Assembly (NCBI GenBank): GCA_977017645.1 | Contig: OZ360221.1 | Coordinates: forward strand, 195,796,001 to 195,860,000 | DNA: 64,000 nt | Source: Torpedo marmorata | Taxonomy: Eukaryota | Reading direction: 5' to 3' | In this document: positions 24,401-37,634 of the stretch, one piece after another | How the letters are laid out: each line of letters starts with the position of its first letter | Position numbering within the stretch: position 1 is the first letter of the stretch | The notes under the pieces: model-generated | The model's database searches: none | Told to the model about the DNA's origin: nothing | The model's input: only the letters and a program-made list of their open reading frames with translations | Made by a program: the position numbers and the translations under genes

Positions 24401-27003
24401 AGGAATTCCAAAAGGAATTGATTGGAAAAGATACTGAACTCTTGGAAAAATATTCATTTTAATACAATTTACCCTTCCCATTAAAGTTATGGGTAAATCT
24501 TTCCAATTCTCTAAATCTTTCTTTATTTTCACAAATAATGGTAGATAATTTAATTTATATAAATTTTCCAATTTTGTATCAACCTTAACCCCCAAATATT
24601 TAATTCCTTCTTTAGCCCATTTAAATTGTGTAATTTCTTTACATCTAGTATAATCACCTTGAGATAAAGCCATTATTTCACTTTTATCAGAATTAATTTT
24701 ATATCCAGATATCTCACCATATTCTCTTAATATAATAGATAGTTGTTGAAGTGATATAATAGATTTTGTCATATATATCAATACATCATCTGCAAACAAA
24801 CTAATCTTATGTTCTTCCATACCAACTTTAATACCCACTATTTTAGGATCTTTTCTAACTAATTCAGCCAAGGGTTCTATCGCCAAAACAAATAAAGCTG
24901 GTGACAGGGGACATCCCTGTCTCGTAGAACGTGTCAAAGAAAATTTTGGCGATATTTGTCCATTTGTAATTACTTTAGCTGATGGTTCTTTATATATAGT
25001 TTTAATCCAATTTATAAATGTATTTCCAAAACCAAATTTTTCTAATACCTTAAGTAAAAAAATCCATTCTAATCTATCAAAAGCCTTTTCAGCGTCTAAT
25101 GTTACAACTAATGGTAAATCTTGTTTCTTTTTATGCAAACTAATTAAACTAATTAATCTAGCTATATTATCCTTTGAATATCTATTTTTAATAAAACCAG
25201 CTTGGTCTATATGTATCAAATCTGGCAAATATTTAGCCATTCTGTTTGCTAAAATTTTTGCCATTATTTTATAATCTACATTTAATAATGAAATAGGTCT
25301 ATATGATTCAGTTTTTAATACATCTCTATCCTTCTTTGGTATAACTGTAATTATAGCATTTAAGAATGTTTTCGGTAATGAATGAGTTTCCGTAATTTGA
25401 TCTAGTACTTCCATATATGGAGGTATCAATAAATCTTTAAATTCTTTATAAAATTCTGATGAAAACCCGTCATCACCCGGAGATTTACCACTCTTCAGCG
25501 AAGAAAAAACTTCACTAACTTCCCTCATTGTGAAAGGCAAATCTAAAGAGTCTCTACTCCGAATATTCAATTTAGGTAATATGATTTTAGATAGGAATCT
25601 ATTAATTTTAGAATCATCTTGGTCAATCTGCGATTTATATAAATTCTGATAATAATCTTTAAAAGATTCATTTATCTCTTGAGGTTTATGTTATTTCTCC
25701 AGTATTTTTCTTCCTTATAGCATTTATAGTTTTAGAAACTTGTTCTTTTTTCAATTGCCATGCCAAAACCTTATGTGCTCTTTCTCCTAATTCATAATAT
25801 CTTTGTTTAGTTTTCTCAATTAATTTTTCCATTCTATATGTTTGTAACAAATTATAATGTAATTTCTTCCCTATTAAACGATTTCTTTTTTGAATTGATC
25901 TATTTCTCTGTAAGTCCTTCTCCATAAGTTCAATTTCCTTCTCAAGTTTTTCTCATTCCTTAAGATAATCTTTCTTAATTTTAACTGAATAGCTTATTAT
26001 TAGACCCCTTAAATAAGCTTTTAAAGCTTCCCACACTATAAATTTATCATTAATAGAATTAACATTTATTCGTAAAAATTCCTGAATTTCTCTTCTTATA
26101 TATTCACAAAAATCTTTCCTTTTTAATAACGACGAATCAAATCTCCAATTATATATAGTTTTTTCTTTTAGGGTTCACCCTCTTGAATGATGTTCTGACG
26201 TCGCCCTCAGAGACAGATATCACAGGGTCCTCAGCCTTTTCAGGGATTCTAGTATGCACTGTTTTGTTCTTCTTCTCAAAGCGGGCATAGAAGGTGTTCA
26301 GCTCATCGGGTAGTGAAGCATCACAGCCGTCTATAGTGTTCGCCCTCGCTTTGTAGGCTGTAATGGCCTGCACTCCCTGCCATAGCTGGCGTGTATCTGT
26401 CTCTGTCTCTAGCTTCCTCCGGAATTGCCATTTTGCTTCAGAGATGGCCTTCCGCAGGTCGTGCCTGGACTTCTTGTAAAGATCCCTGTCCCTGGCCTTA
26501 AACGCCCTTGTTCTCGTCCTCAGCAGGTTGCAAATTCTCTGATTCATCCAGAGCTTCTGGTTGGGGAACACCCGGTATTTGCGCGTGGGCACACACTCAT
26601 CCATGCAGGTCTTGATGAAGTCGGTGACACCTGTTGCATCTTCATTTAGGTCTATGGCTGAGTGCTTGAATATGTTCCAGTCCACCAATTCAAAGCAGTC
26701 CTGCAGACGATCCTCCGCCCCCCTCGACCATACTTTCGCCGTCCTCACCACTGGTGCTGTGGTCTTCAGTCTCTGCTTGTACGCCGGGAGTAGAAGTACA
26801 GCCAGGTGATCAGACTTGCCGAAGTGCGGTCGTAGTATGGCTCGGTATGCGTTCTTCACGGTGGTGTAGCAGTGGTTGAGTGTGTTCCCCTGGTCTCGCA
26901 TGTGACGTGTTGGTGGTAGTTTGTCAGTGACTTCTTCAGATTGACCTGATTGAAGTCTCCCACAATGATCGGGAAGACATCAGGATGTGCTGTCTCATGG
27001 CTG
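21412..27003 (-). mobile_element. Rex1/Babar LINE inserted in Gypsy gag, split by an L1
   Basis: APE (GDFN, SDH) in 26149-27003 and RT in 21571-22914 ([12 protein letters not shown]). (TTCTGA)n tail at 21412-21429. gag reads ELIRD|...|FVAG across the insertion. Confidence 0.95.
22922..26169 (-). mobile_element. L1-clade LINE inserted in Rex1, with 16-bp TSD
   Basis: ORF2 fragments 25686-25925, 24203-25570 and 23233-24243. Poly(A) tail. TSD agggttcaccctcttg at 22906-22921 and 26170-26185. Confidence 0.96.
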
Positions 27004-30000
27004 TTTGTTGCGGGCTTCCGCTCCCAGCACATAAGGGAGCAACTCCTGGAGGAAGGAGATCGGTCCCTCCAGGTAGTGGTGCAGATGGCCCGAGCGATGG
27101 AGACGACCCAAAAGAACGCAGAGGCCTACTCAGCGGGCCACGTGGCCACCAGGTGGGGAGAACGGGCGGCGCCATCTTGGGACTCGGGGCCCCTGACTGC
27201 AGCGGCCACCGCTGACCACGCGAGGTGCAACTACTGCGGCCAAAGTAAACACCCGCGGAAGTATTGTCCGGCCCGTAGCGCGACCTGCTCAAACTGCCAG
27301 AGGAAAGGACACTACACCAGGGTATGTCGCTCCAAGCCCCACTCCAGCAGTGCTGCGTATGGACCGCGACTCTCCTCGCCATCTTGGACCCACCTACTTC
27401 CGCCATCATTTCCGGTTGCCGAAAAACGAGCTTCCGGAACAGGGGCGCAACAAAGAGGTCTGACGTCACTTCCGGCTTCTTCTCCGGACTCGACCGCATG
27501 CGATCCATGGGGGCGGCCATCTTCACGATCTCCCGGGCGGCCATCTTGGCGGCAGCCACTCCGAAATAGCAGCAGCGACTCGGTCAGTGAGCTGACGCTG
27601 GCGTCCATCGTGCTGGACCAAGGGAGACCACACCAGCTGGGGCGATCGATGATGGACGTTGAGGTAAACGGTCACTCCACTGGCTGCCTGTTCGACATGG
27701 GAATCACTGAGAGCTTCATACACCCGGGCACTGCCGAGCGTTATTCCCTGACCGTGTCCCCAGCCAAAGGAAAGGTAGCACTAGCCTCCAAATCCCTCTC
27801 TGCGGAAATCCGTGGAAGCTGCACTGTGACCCTAACCGTGGGGGGCACCAATTATAAGAATTTTAAACTGCTGGTAATGCCCCACCTATGCGCACCCGTC
27901 ATATTGGGGCTAGATTTCCAGTGCCAGTTTAAAGGGGTGCAGATGCAGTTTGACGGCCCCCACCCCCCACTCACCGTCATTAATAATCCTGACCTGCGGA
28001 CTAACCACCCTCTGGGTCCCTCCGCCCCTGCTGTTCCAAAACCTCACCCCGGGCTGTAAACCAATTGTCACTAAGAGCAGGCGATACAGCCCCGGGGACA
28101 GAAAATTCATTAAAACGGAAGTGGAGCAGCTGCAGGAGGAGGGCATTATAGAGCCAAGCAATAGTCCCTGTAGTGGTGGTGAAGAGTGGGGAGAAACATC
28201 GGATGGTCATTAATTACAGTCAGACCATCACCTTACTGGACACCTACCCTTTGCCCTGCATATCGGATAATGTAAATGAGATCGCCAAGTACAGGGTCTT
28301 CTCGACCATAGACCTAAAAGCGGCGTACCACCAAATCCCGATTCGCCAAAAAGACCGGCTGTACACGGCATTTGAGGCCAACGGCCGTCTCTACCATTTC
28401 CTGCGGGTCCCATTCGGCCTCACGAATGGGGTGTCAGTGTTCCAAAGGGAAATGGACCGCATGGTGGATGACAATAAGCTGAAGGCGACGTTTCCATACC
28501 TGGACAATCTCACTATCTGCGGCCATGACCAAAAGGAACATGACGAGAACCTGCAGAGGTTCCTGGCCACCGCAAAGGCACTCAATCTCACGTATAATGA
28601 GAAAAAGTGTGTCTTTAGCACCAAAAGGCTGGCAATCCTGGGGTACGTGGTGGAGCATGGGGCTATCGCCCCTGACCCTGAGCGTATGCGCCCCCTACTG
28701 GAATTACCCTTGCCACAGAACCCCAAGGCTTTAAAAAGGTGCCTGGGGCTCTTCTCCTATTATGTCCAGTGGATCCCTAACTATGCGGGCAAGGACCAAC
28801 CTCTAGTGAGAACCACTACTTTTCCCCCGTCGGCGGAGGCCCTTAAGGTTTTCGAGGGCATCAGAGGCGAGATTGCCAAGGTGGGAATGCACGCCATTGA
28901 TGAATCCGTCTCCTTCCAAGTGGAAAGTGATGCCTCTGACTTTGACCTGGCAGCCACGCTGAACCAAGCAGGCAGGCCAGTTGCATTTTTTTCCCGTACT
29001 CTCCAAGGCCCTGAACGCAGGCAGCGCATCACTGGAGGCACTACTTGGCCGGCAGACCATTCACCCTGCTGACAGACCAGAGAGCCATCATGTTCATGTT
29101 TAACAATAAACAGCGGGGTAAGATCAAAAATGACAAAATCATGAGGTGGAGAATTGAGCTGTCCACCTACAATTAATGAATATGGTACCGGCCGGGTAAG
29201 CTCAATGAGCCACCCGATGCCCTGTCCAGGGGAACCTGCGCCAGGGTGCAAGTTGATTGCCTCCAGGTCCTCCACGATAGCCTCTGCCATCCCGGGGTCA
29301 CTAGGCTCTACCATTTTGTGAGGGCCCGTAACCTCCCCTTCTCAGTAGGGGAGCTGACTCGCAATTGCCAGGTCTGTGCCGAATGCAAGCCTCAATTATA
29401 TAGACCGGATAGAGCCCAACTTATCAAAGCCACTTGCCCCTTCGAACGTCTCAGCATGGACTTCAAGGGGCCCCTCCCGTCCACGAATCGTTACTCCTAC
29501 TTCCTGAACATCATGGACGAGTACTCACGTTTCCCATTCGCCATCCCCTGTCTGGATATGACCACATCCACGGTCATTAAAGAACTCCGCTCAGTATTCA
29601 CTCTGTTCGGATACCCTAGTTTCGTTCATAGTGATCGGGGATCTGCCTTCATGAGTGAGGAGTTGCGGCAATACTTCCTTTCAAGGGGCATAGCTACGAG
29701 CAGAACCACCAGCTACAACCCCCGCGGGAATGGGCAGGTGGAAAGGGAGAATGGTACGATCTGGAGGGCAGTCCTTTTGGCCCTCAAGTCGAAAGGGATG
29801 CCCGTATCCCAATGGCAAGAGGTCCTCCCAGATGCGCTGCTTGCCACCACGTCCCTACTCTGCATGGCCACCAATGCTACACCCCATGAAAAATTGTTCT
29901 CCTTCCCTAGGAGATCGGCGTCAGGAACCACGCTGCCAGTCTGGCTGACGACCCCAGGGCCGGTGCTTCTTCAGAAGCACGTTAGGACTCATAAGGTGGA

Positions 30001-30478
30001 CCCACTGGTCGAGGAAGTGCATCTCTTGCATGCCAGTATGCGCTGGTAAGGTACCCGGACGGACGAGACATATACAGTGTCCATCTGGCGCGAGCGGGGG
30101 CCCCGGCACGAGAGGTGCACCCGATATCCCCAGTCAGTGACCAGTCGGCCCCAGGGATCACCCTGACAAATGAAATAGGGATCCCACCCCCAAGACGGCC
30201 CCCCGAGTGTCCCCCTTCACTTGTGTGTTCCCCCCCCCACTCTTACCAACAAATTCACCGCCCCCTACGGACCCGGGACACACAGAAACAGTTCAGCCCT
30301 CCGACAGCCAGCAGGTCGAACACGACACCACTCAGCTAGATCCGAAGATACAGCCAGTACTTCGGAGATCCCAGCGCCAAAGAAAACCGCCAGAGCGGCT
30401 GAACCTATGAGACTATAAACTGTATGGACATTGTCTCGCTTCACCCCGCCGGACTTCATTAAAAAAAGGAGGGGTGAA

Positions 30479-30702
30479 TGTGGTGGAACACGGTACTGCG
30501 GGTATGTCCGGGCATGTCACTGGGCTAACCTGTAGCCCCTCCCCATTACATCCCCTAATAAAGGCTGAGAGCCCGAGTCTCCTCCCCTTATACCTGCTTT
30601 GGACGTGAGCCAGCACCATGTTAGAGGCATGCTCGAACATTCTGATCAATAAAGCCTTTGATCACTTTCTTCGTGTCTGCGAGTGGTCATTGATCACGCT
30701 AC
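30479..30702 (+). repeat. Gypsy 3' LTR
   Basis: Direct repeat of 20754-20978 with two short indels and some substitutions, preceded by the PPT. Confidence 0.95.
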
Positions 30703-30939
30703 TCTGTGCTGAGTTATGGTGCTTGAGCATTATTGAAGTAGGCTGAGGCATCTCACAACCCAAGCAATCGTTTACACAGTGCCTTTTCAGCTGCAGCAAG
30801 TGAGAATTTCAGTGCAAATGCACATTGTATAATGTATATGACAATAAACTCAATATCATTATTTATGTCATGATCATTGCTATACCTTAATACCTTCACC
30901 TTTGATGGGATAGCTTTACTGAGTTTTCATTGTAGGCTA

Positions 30940-31790
30940 TAATTCAAGATCAAAATTCAATTTATTGTCATGTAATAAAAATAGTGCCATATTACACAAA
31001 ATAGCCTTTTGTCTGCTGTAAGGCAGACAGATTCGCCATTGGCAGAAATTGACTGAAGTGCCTCTTGCCCAGAGAAAGAGAAGGAAAAGTGAGTTCCCCC
31101 CAGTGTCCATGCATTTGCCTCCAGCACTCCCGCAGCCTCCGCAGCCACACAGAGTCCAGTCCAAACCATCGGCAACCTGGGTTTCAGATCCGAACCTCCG
31201 ATATGATTACAAACCCTTCAGCGCCCTCGGCACCCTCTGGCATCCTGGTTCCGATACCTGGTTCCCCTTCAGCCAGTTTCGAGCCAGTCTCCAGCAGTCC
31301 GCAGCCTGGTGCGAGTCCCTTGACCGCAGTCTCCAGCAGCCCACAACCTGCGTGCGTTCCTTGTCTCGAGTCAACAACAGCCCGTCGCCTGTGTGGGTCC
31401 TTCAGCTGCAGAACCCCCTCACTGGTGCGCTGCCGCGGTCACCGTCCCGTGGGTCGTCTCCTCTGCTTCTCCTTCTCAAATGGGTGTTGGTCTCCCAGTT
31501 TTCTGGTGTCCTGCGCCAGTCCTCCGCTTCCATGGAGTCTGCAACTCCTCGTGGCTACTGCTGATCATAGGTGCCGCCATCTTGGGCGCAGACCCCGCAG
31601 TCATGGGATTTTAAATAAAACTACTGTCGGCTCCTTTAACAGGCTGTTCAAAGCCTGTACGGAGCTGACGGCAGTCGGACTGGGTGGTTGGACCCCGCGG
31701 GAGCGCAGTGTCTCCACTCCCTGCTCTCCGTGGGCCCGCACTAGCGGCAGCGCTGCCATTACAGTAGCTCCGGCAGCGCCGCCATTTTCC
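30940..31790 (-). mobile_element. GC-rich ~850-bp non-autonomous retroposon, copy 1
   Basis: Colinear with 45064-45895, 50350-51177 and 55895-56735. The minus strand starts AAAATGGCGGC and ends gacaataaa(ttgaat)n. Confidence 0.85.
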
Positions 31791-31908
31791 TCGTGATTTT
31801 TTTAATGTATATGGAAAGAGTTTGGAATGGAAAGATGCAGAATATTTGACAGATGGATTGCTGATGAAGCTGGTCATACATTAGCAGGACACACATTAAC
31901 ACTGAAAC

Positions 31909-32145
31909 CTGTCGATGAATCACAGCTTTAAATTCAGAAGTAAAATCCTGAAGCATATCCTTCTTGCCTGTCACTGACTGATGCACAGTGGAGTGTATTA
32001 TGCTTCCATGCCTGTCTTCAGTACCTCCATTTTGGGAAGTGCAACAGAAGATTGAGGTGGGCAGCTCTCTCAGTGTGTTATTGACATTCAATGCAGGACA
32101 TTCAGAACTGCCAATAGTTGTCATTTGGACATGCATGCTCTCGAC
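31909..32145 (-). CDS. Internal exon (237 nt) of the unidentified gene (VESMHVQMTTIGSSEC...KAVIHRQ)
   Basis: 79 open codons in unique sequence. Acceptor ctgcctccatttatcagtgacag, donor gtttca (weak). Phase 0/0. Confidence 0.65.
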
Positions 32146-32989
32146 CTGTCACTGATAAATGGAGGCAGAAGTTGAGGCAAGTGGTAACCTTGATGACACT
32201 TGTGATTGTGCTTTTCAATAAAGCAGGCTTGAACAGCTCATGGGAGAAATCAACCACTATCAAATATGTTTATGGCAGAGATAGATTATTGAAAAGCAAG
32301 GGGTTGAAAGGTTACTGCAGGTTGACTGAAATTCAGAATTGTGATTAAATCAGATCAATCGTGATTTTATTAGATATTACTGAGGGGCCAAGTGGTCAAC
32401 TCTTGCTCTTAAATTCCATGTTCACAATTTATCACCGTATCCATAATAAACTCCTTCCTTTGATTTTAACCTCACATCTTGATTTAATCAACATTTAAGA
32501 TGGTTTGCTCCTCCTCGAGCTCTTCTGAGATTTCTAAATGTCTTGTTCTGCTAAAGAATTGGCAGATTGTGCTGAGATTGCACTTTTGCTGTGATTTATG
32601 AAGAATTTATGAAATGTCTTTAATCTATTTTTCCAGCCCACTTGAGGCAACTCTGTCCTCACTCCACTCTAATTGCCTTCATTTAATATACCAGTTTTAG
32701 TCCTGAATTTTTCATCCTCAAACTGAGCTTGAAATTCTGATCACTCTTTCTTAGGTAATCCTTTACAAAAAGATCATTCAGTAACCATGCTCATTCTACA
32801 TCACCAGATCCAGAACCGCCTGCTGCCTGGCTGGTTCTCCTGAGTGATCAACGATGATCCCTAGAAGACTATGGACCAATTTTCTAGGTAACTTTCCAGA
32901 TTGAGTGATTGCATTTGATGCAAGTCTGATGCCGAAATTGCGTCAGCTGCTCAAACATGACTCAAAAAGGGCCTGGCTGAATTTCCAAA

Positions 32990-35900
32990 AACAATATAAC
33001 ATTTACAGCACAGAAACAGGCCAGTTCGGCCCTTCGAGTCCATGCCGAACACATTCTCCCACCTAGTCCCACTGACCCGCACCCGCCCATAACCCTCCAC
33101 ACCTCTCTCGTCCATATACCTATCCAACTTTTCCTTAAACATTAAAATTGAACCTGCATCTACCACTTCGGCCGGAAGCTCGTTCCACCCTCCTACCACC
33201 CTCTGAGTGAAGAAATTCCCCCTCATGTTTCCTCTAAACTTTTCCCCTTCAATCTCAATCCATGCCCTCTTGTTTGAATCTTCCCCTCTCTCAATGGAAA
33301 AAGCTTGTCCACATTGACTCTATCTTTCCCCTTCATAATTTTAAATACCTCTATCAAATCACCCCTCAACCTTCTACGCTCCAGGCAATAAAGTCCCAGC
33401 CTGTTCAACCTTTCCCTATAACTCAAACCCAGAAACCCAGGCAACATTCTTGTAAATCTCCTCTGCACTCTCTCTATTCTGTTTATATCCTTCCTGTAAT
33501 TCGGCGACCAAAACTGCACACAATATTCCAAATTTGGCCTCACCAATGCCTTATACAACTTCAACATGACATCCCAACTCCTATATTCAATACTCTGATT
33601 TATGAAGGCCAACATACCAAATGCCTTCTTCACCACCCTATCTACGTATGACTCAACTTTCAGGGAATTATGTACCAGAATTCCTAAATCCCTCTGTTCT
33701 ACTGCACTTCTCAATTGTCTTCCATTTAACATGTATGACCTTTGCTGATTAATCCTACCAAAATGTAGCACCTCACATTTATCAGTATTAAATTCCATCT
33801 GCCATGTTTCCGCCCACTCTTCTAACTGTCCAATATCCCCCTGCAAGCTTTGATATCCTTCTTCACTGTCCACAACACCACCAATCTTCGTATCATCTGC
33901 ATACTTACTAATCCAATTTACCACCCTATCATCTAGATCATTAATATATATGACAAAAAACAATGGACCCAGTACCGATCCCTGAGGCACTCCACTAGTC
34001 ACCGGCCTCCAATTTGACAAACAATTTTCCACCACTACTCTCTGGCATCTCCTATCCAACCATTGTTGAATCCATTTCACTACTTCATCGTTAATACCTA
34101 ATGCTTGAACCTTCCTAACGAGCCTCTTATGCGGAACCTTGTCAAATGCCTTACTAAAGTCCAAATAGACAACATCCACAGCCTTCCCCTCGTCAACCCT
34201 CTTAGTAACCTCATCGAGAAACTCGATGAGATTTGTCAAACATGATCTACCACGAACAAAACCGTGTTGACTACTCCTAATCAATGCTTGTCTTTCCAAA
34301 TAACTGTATACACCATCTCTAAGAACACTCTCCTTTAATTTACCCACCACCGATGTCAGACTCACAGGCCTATAATTTCCAGGTTTACTTTTGGAGCCCT
34401 TCTTAAACAGCGGGACAACATGAGCTACCCTCCAATCCTCCGGCACCTCCCCCGTGGCCAGTGACATTTTAAATATTTCTGTCAAAGCCCCCACTATTTG
34501 TACACTAACCTCCCTCAGGGTCCTCGGGAATATCCTGTCAGGACCTGGAGATTTATCCATCTTTATACTCTTTAAAATAGCCAATACTACCTCCTCATTA
34601 ATCTTTATGTTATCCATGACCTCCCTGCCAGATTGCCTTACTTCACCTGGCTCAATATTCCTTTCCTTTGTAAATACTGAAGAAAAAAATTCATTTAAAA
34701 TCTCCCCCATCTCCTCTGACTTCTCACATAGCCTACCCGTCTGATCCTCAATGGGCCCAATTTTATCCCTCACTATTCTTTTGCTTTTAATATACCTGTA
34801 GAAACCCTTTGGATTTATTTTTACCTTGCCTGCCAAAGCAGCCTCATATCTCCTTTTAGCCTTTCTGATTTCTTTCTTAAGATTTTTTTTACACTCCTTA
34901 TATTCCTCAAGGACCTCATCTATTCCCTGCTGTCTATACCTTTTGTACACATCCCTCTTCCTCCGAACCAAATTCCCAATATCCTTTGAAAACCAAGGCT
35001 CCCTATATTTTCTAACTCTTCCTTTAATCCTCACAGGGACGAACCGACTCTGTCCTCTCAAAATTTCTCCTTTGAATATCCTTCATTTATCTGTGACATC
35101 CTTTCCTAAAAATAAATTATCCCAATCCACACCCTCTAAATCCTTCCTCATCTCCTCAAAATTTGCCTTATTCCAATCAAGAATCTCAACCTTAGGCCCA
35201 GCCCTATCCTTCTCCATTATCAACCTAAAACTAATAGTATTATGATCACTAGACCCAAAGTGTTCCCCAACACAAACCTCTGTCACCTGACCTATCTCGT
35301 TCCCAAATAGGAGATCCAATACTGCCCCCTCTCGTCGGTTCTTCTATGTATTGATTGAGAAAACTTTCCTGAACACATTTGACAAACTCCAACCTATCCT
35401 GCCCTATTACAGTATGGGCGTCCCAGTCAATATGTGGAAAGTTAAAATCACCTATAATCACCACCTTATGCTTATTACACATACATTCTATCTCCTTACA
35501 AATTTCCTCCTCTAATTCCCTCTGCCCATTCGATGGTCTATAATACACTCCCATTAGTGTTTTCATGCCTTTCCCATTCCTCAATTCCACCCAAATAGCC
35601 TCACTGGACGAGCCCTCCAATCTATCCTGCCATAGCACCGCTGTAATGCTTTCTCTAACAAGCACTGCGACCCCTCCACCTTTTATCCCCCCTGTTCTAT
35701 CACGCCTAAAACAACGGAATCCAGGAATATTTAGCTGCCAATCATGCCCCTCCTGCAACCAAGTTTCACTGATGGCTACAATATCATATTTCCATGTATC
35801 AATCCATACTCTAAGCTCATCCACCTTTCTTACAATGCTTCTTGCATTGAAATATATACACTTGAGAGAATGTCCCCCACATACACTCCTTTGATTACCC

Positions 35901-37320
35901 TCTCCTTCATTAACTTTAACATTCTGGTTCCTCTCTTCCTTCAAATCTAGGTGTTCTTCTACCCTACTCTCCACATTTACATTCTGATTCCCACCCCCCT
36001 GCCAAACTAGTTTAAACCCTCCCCAACAGCTCTAGCAAACCTGCCTGCCAGGATATTGGTCCCCCTCCAGTTCAAGTGCAGCCCGTCCCTTTTGTACAGG
36101 TCAGACCTTCCCCAGAAGAGATCCCAATGATCCACAAATGTGAACCCCTGCCCCCAGCACCAACTCTTTAGCCACGCATTCATCCTCCACATCTTCCTAT
36201 TCCTACCCTCTCTAGCGCGTGGCACAGGCAGCAATCCTGAGATTACCACCCTCGAGGTCCTGCTTTTTAACTTCCTTCCTAACTCCTTATATTCCTTCTT
36301 AAGGACCTCATCCCCATTTCTTTCTATGTCATTGGTCCCCACGTGTACCACGACACCTGGCTGCTTGCCCTCCCCCTCCAGAATGCTGAGTACTCGATCA
36401 GACATCCCTGACCCTAGCACCTGGAAGGCAACATACTAACCGGGAGCTCCGATCTCGACCAGCAAACCTTCTATCTGTTCCTCTAACCAGCGAGTCCCCA
36501 ATTACAAAAGCTCTCCTCTTTTCCCCCCTTCCCTTCTGAGCGGAGGGGCCATCCCTCATGCCAGAGACCTGACCCCCGTGACTTGTCCCTGGTAGGTCGT
36601 CCCCCCAACAGTATCCAAAACAGTATACTTATTATTGAGGGGAATGGCCACAGGGGTTCCCTGCACTGTCTGTCTCCCCCCCTTCCCTTTCCTCACAGTC
36701 ACCCAGTTAGCTGACTCCTGTCTATTTGGGGTGACTGTCTCCCTATCTATGACTACCTCTGCCTCCCTCATGATCCGAAGTTCATCCAGCTGCAACTCCA
36801 CTTCCCTAACATGGTCTTGCAGGAGTTGCATCTGGATGCACCTTTTGCAGGTCTGGTCATCAGGAACATTTATGATGTCCCTGACCTCCCACATCCTGCA
36901 TTCGGAACACATGACTAACCCAACTGCCTCCATAACCCCTCTTAACTACAACTAGAATAAATAGGAATAAACTTAACCTTACCAGTAGTACTTCCTCAGC
37001 CTCTTCTCTCCGAAGCCTCTTGAGCAAAAGCCTCAGTGTTCCACTCCTTCCCTGTGCCACTCACTCACTGGCCGCTCCCTCTACTTCCCTTCCTTTTATA
37101 GGTCACTGCTAATTAACTCTAATACCAAATTTCTTACTACTACTTATCACCACTTAACCTAGCCCTTGGCCCGAAAAAGCTCCCTTTTTAAACAATTTTA
37201 CAACTCCAAAAAATACTTACTCACCAAGCACTAGTCACCAGTCGCTCCTCCCACTCCAACACTCCAATGCAACTGAAAAGACCTAGGCCCGAAAAAGCTC
37301 CCTTTTTAAACAATTTAAAA
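32990..37320 (-). mobile_element. Near full-length CR1 LINE (5' UTR, ORF1 zinc finger + SGNH esterase, ORF2 APE-RT), frameshifted
   Basis: ORF1 CSECRMWE..CKRC (36556-36933) and VHVGTND...DGLHLN (36007-36420). ORF2 YFNARS, ETWL, GDFN (35249-35974), SDH, and RT 33223-35061 with YADD. Confidence 0.96.
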
Positions 37321-37429
37321 TGACACAGAATGGCTCACTAATTGCATTTCACTATGTCCAAACCATCTTCAATTGTGCATCTCTAAAATAAACAGAGCTG
37401 CACAAGGTAATTTCTTGGCCATCTTAATA

Positions 37430-37560
37430 TAGAACATAGAACATTACAGCACAGTACAGACCGTTCAGCCTATTATGTTGCGCTGACCAATGTAAACCTA
37501 CTCCACAACCATCTAATTCTTCCCTACCTCAAACTCATAACTCTCTATTTTCTTACATTA
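37430..37560 (-). mobile_element. CR1 3' tail fragment
   Basis: atagaacatagaacattacagcacagtacagaccgttcagcc. Confidence 0.65.
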
Positions 37561-37634
37561 ATTTAAATTACATAAAACCATCTTAAGCTATCCTCTTCCA
37601 ACTGGAGAAAAACGTTCTGCTAAGCTTAGATGAA

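Larger units (their letters stand above)
20754..30702 (+). mobile_element. Gypsy/Ty3 LTR retrotransposon provirus (Mag-like), degenerate, with nested LINEs
   Basis: Direct LTRs at 20754-20978 and 30479-30702 (TG...CA/C). gag N-terminus 21007-21405; two CCHC knuckles and a protease-like LFDMG in 27004-28059; RT YLDN and RNase H DAS in 28173-29115; integrase (H..GV, C..C, SDRG, GQVER) in 29246-30410. PPT aaaaaaaggaggggtgaa. Confidence 0.96.

Noticed and set aside
26936-27559. 207-aa antisense ORF in the Gypsy
   Set aside because: It crosses the Gypsy/Rex1 junction and reflects GC-rich repeated motifs; no domain.
20748-30708. Gypsy target-site duplication
   Set aside because: The flanks (aactg / tctgtg) share only ctg and the 3' LTR terminal A is altered, so no TSD can be called.
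31049-31796. ORFs in the GC-rich retroposon copies
   Set aside because: Frames are not conserved among the four copies.
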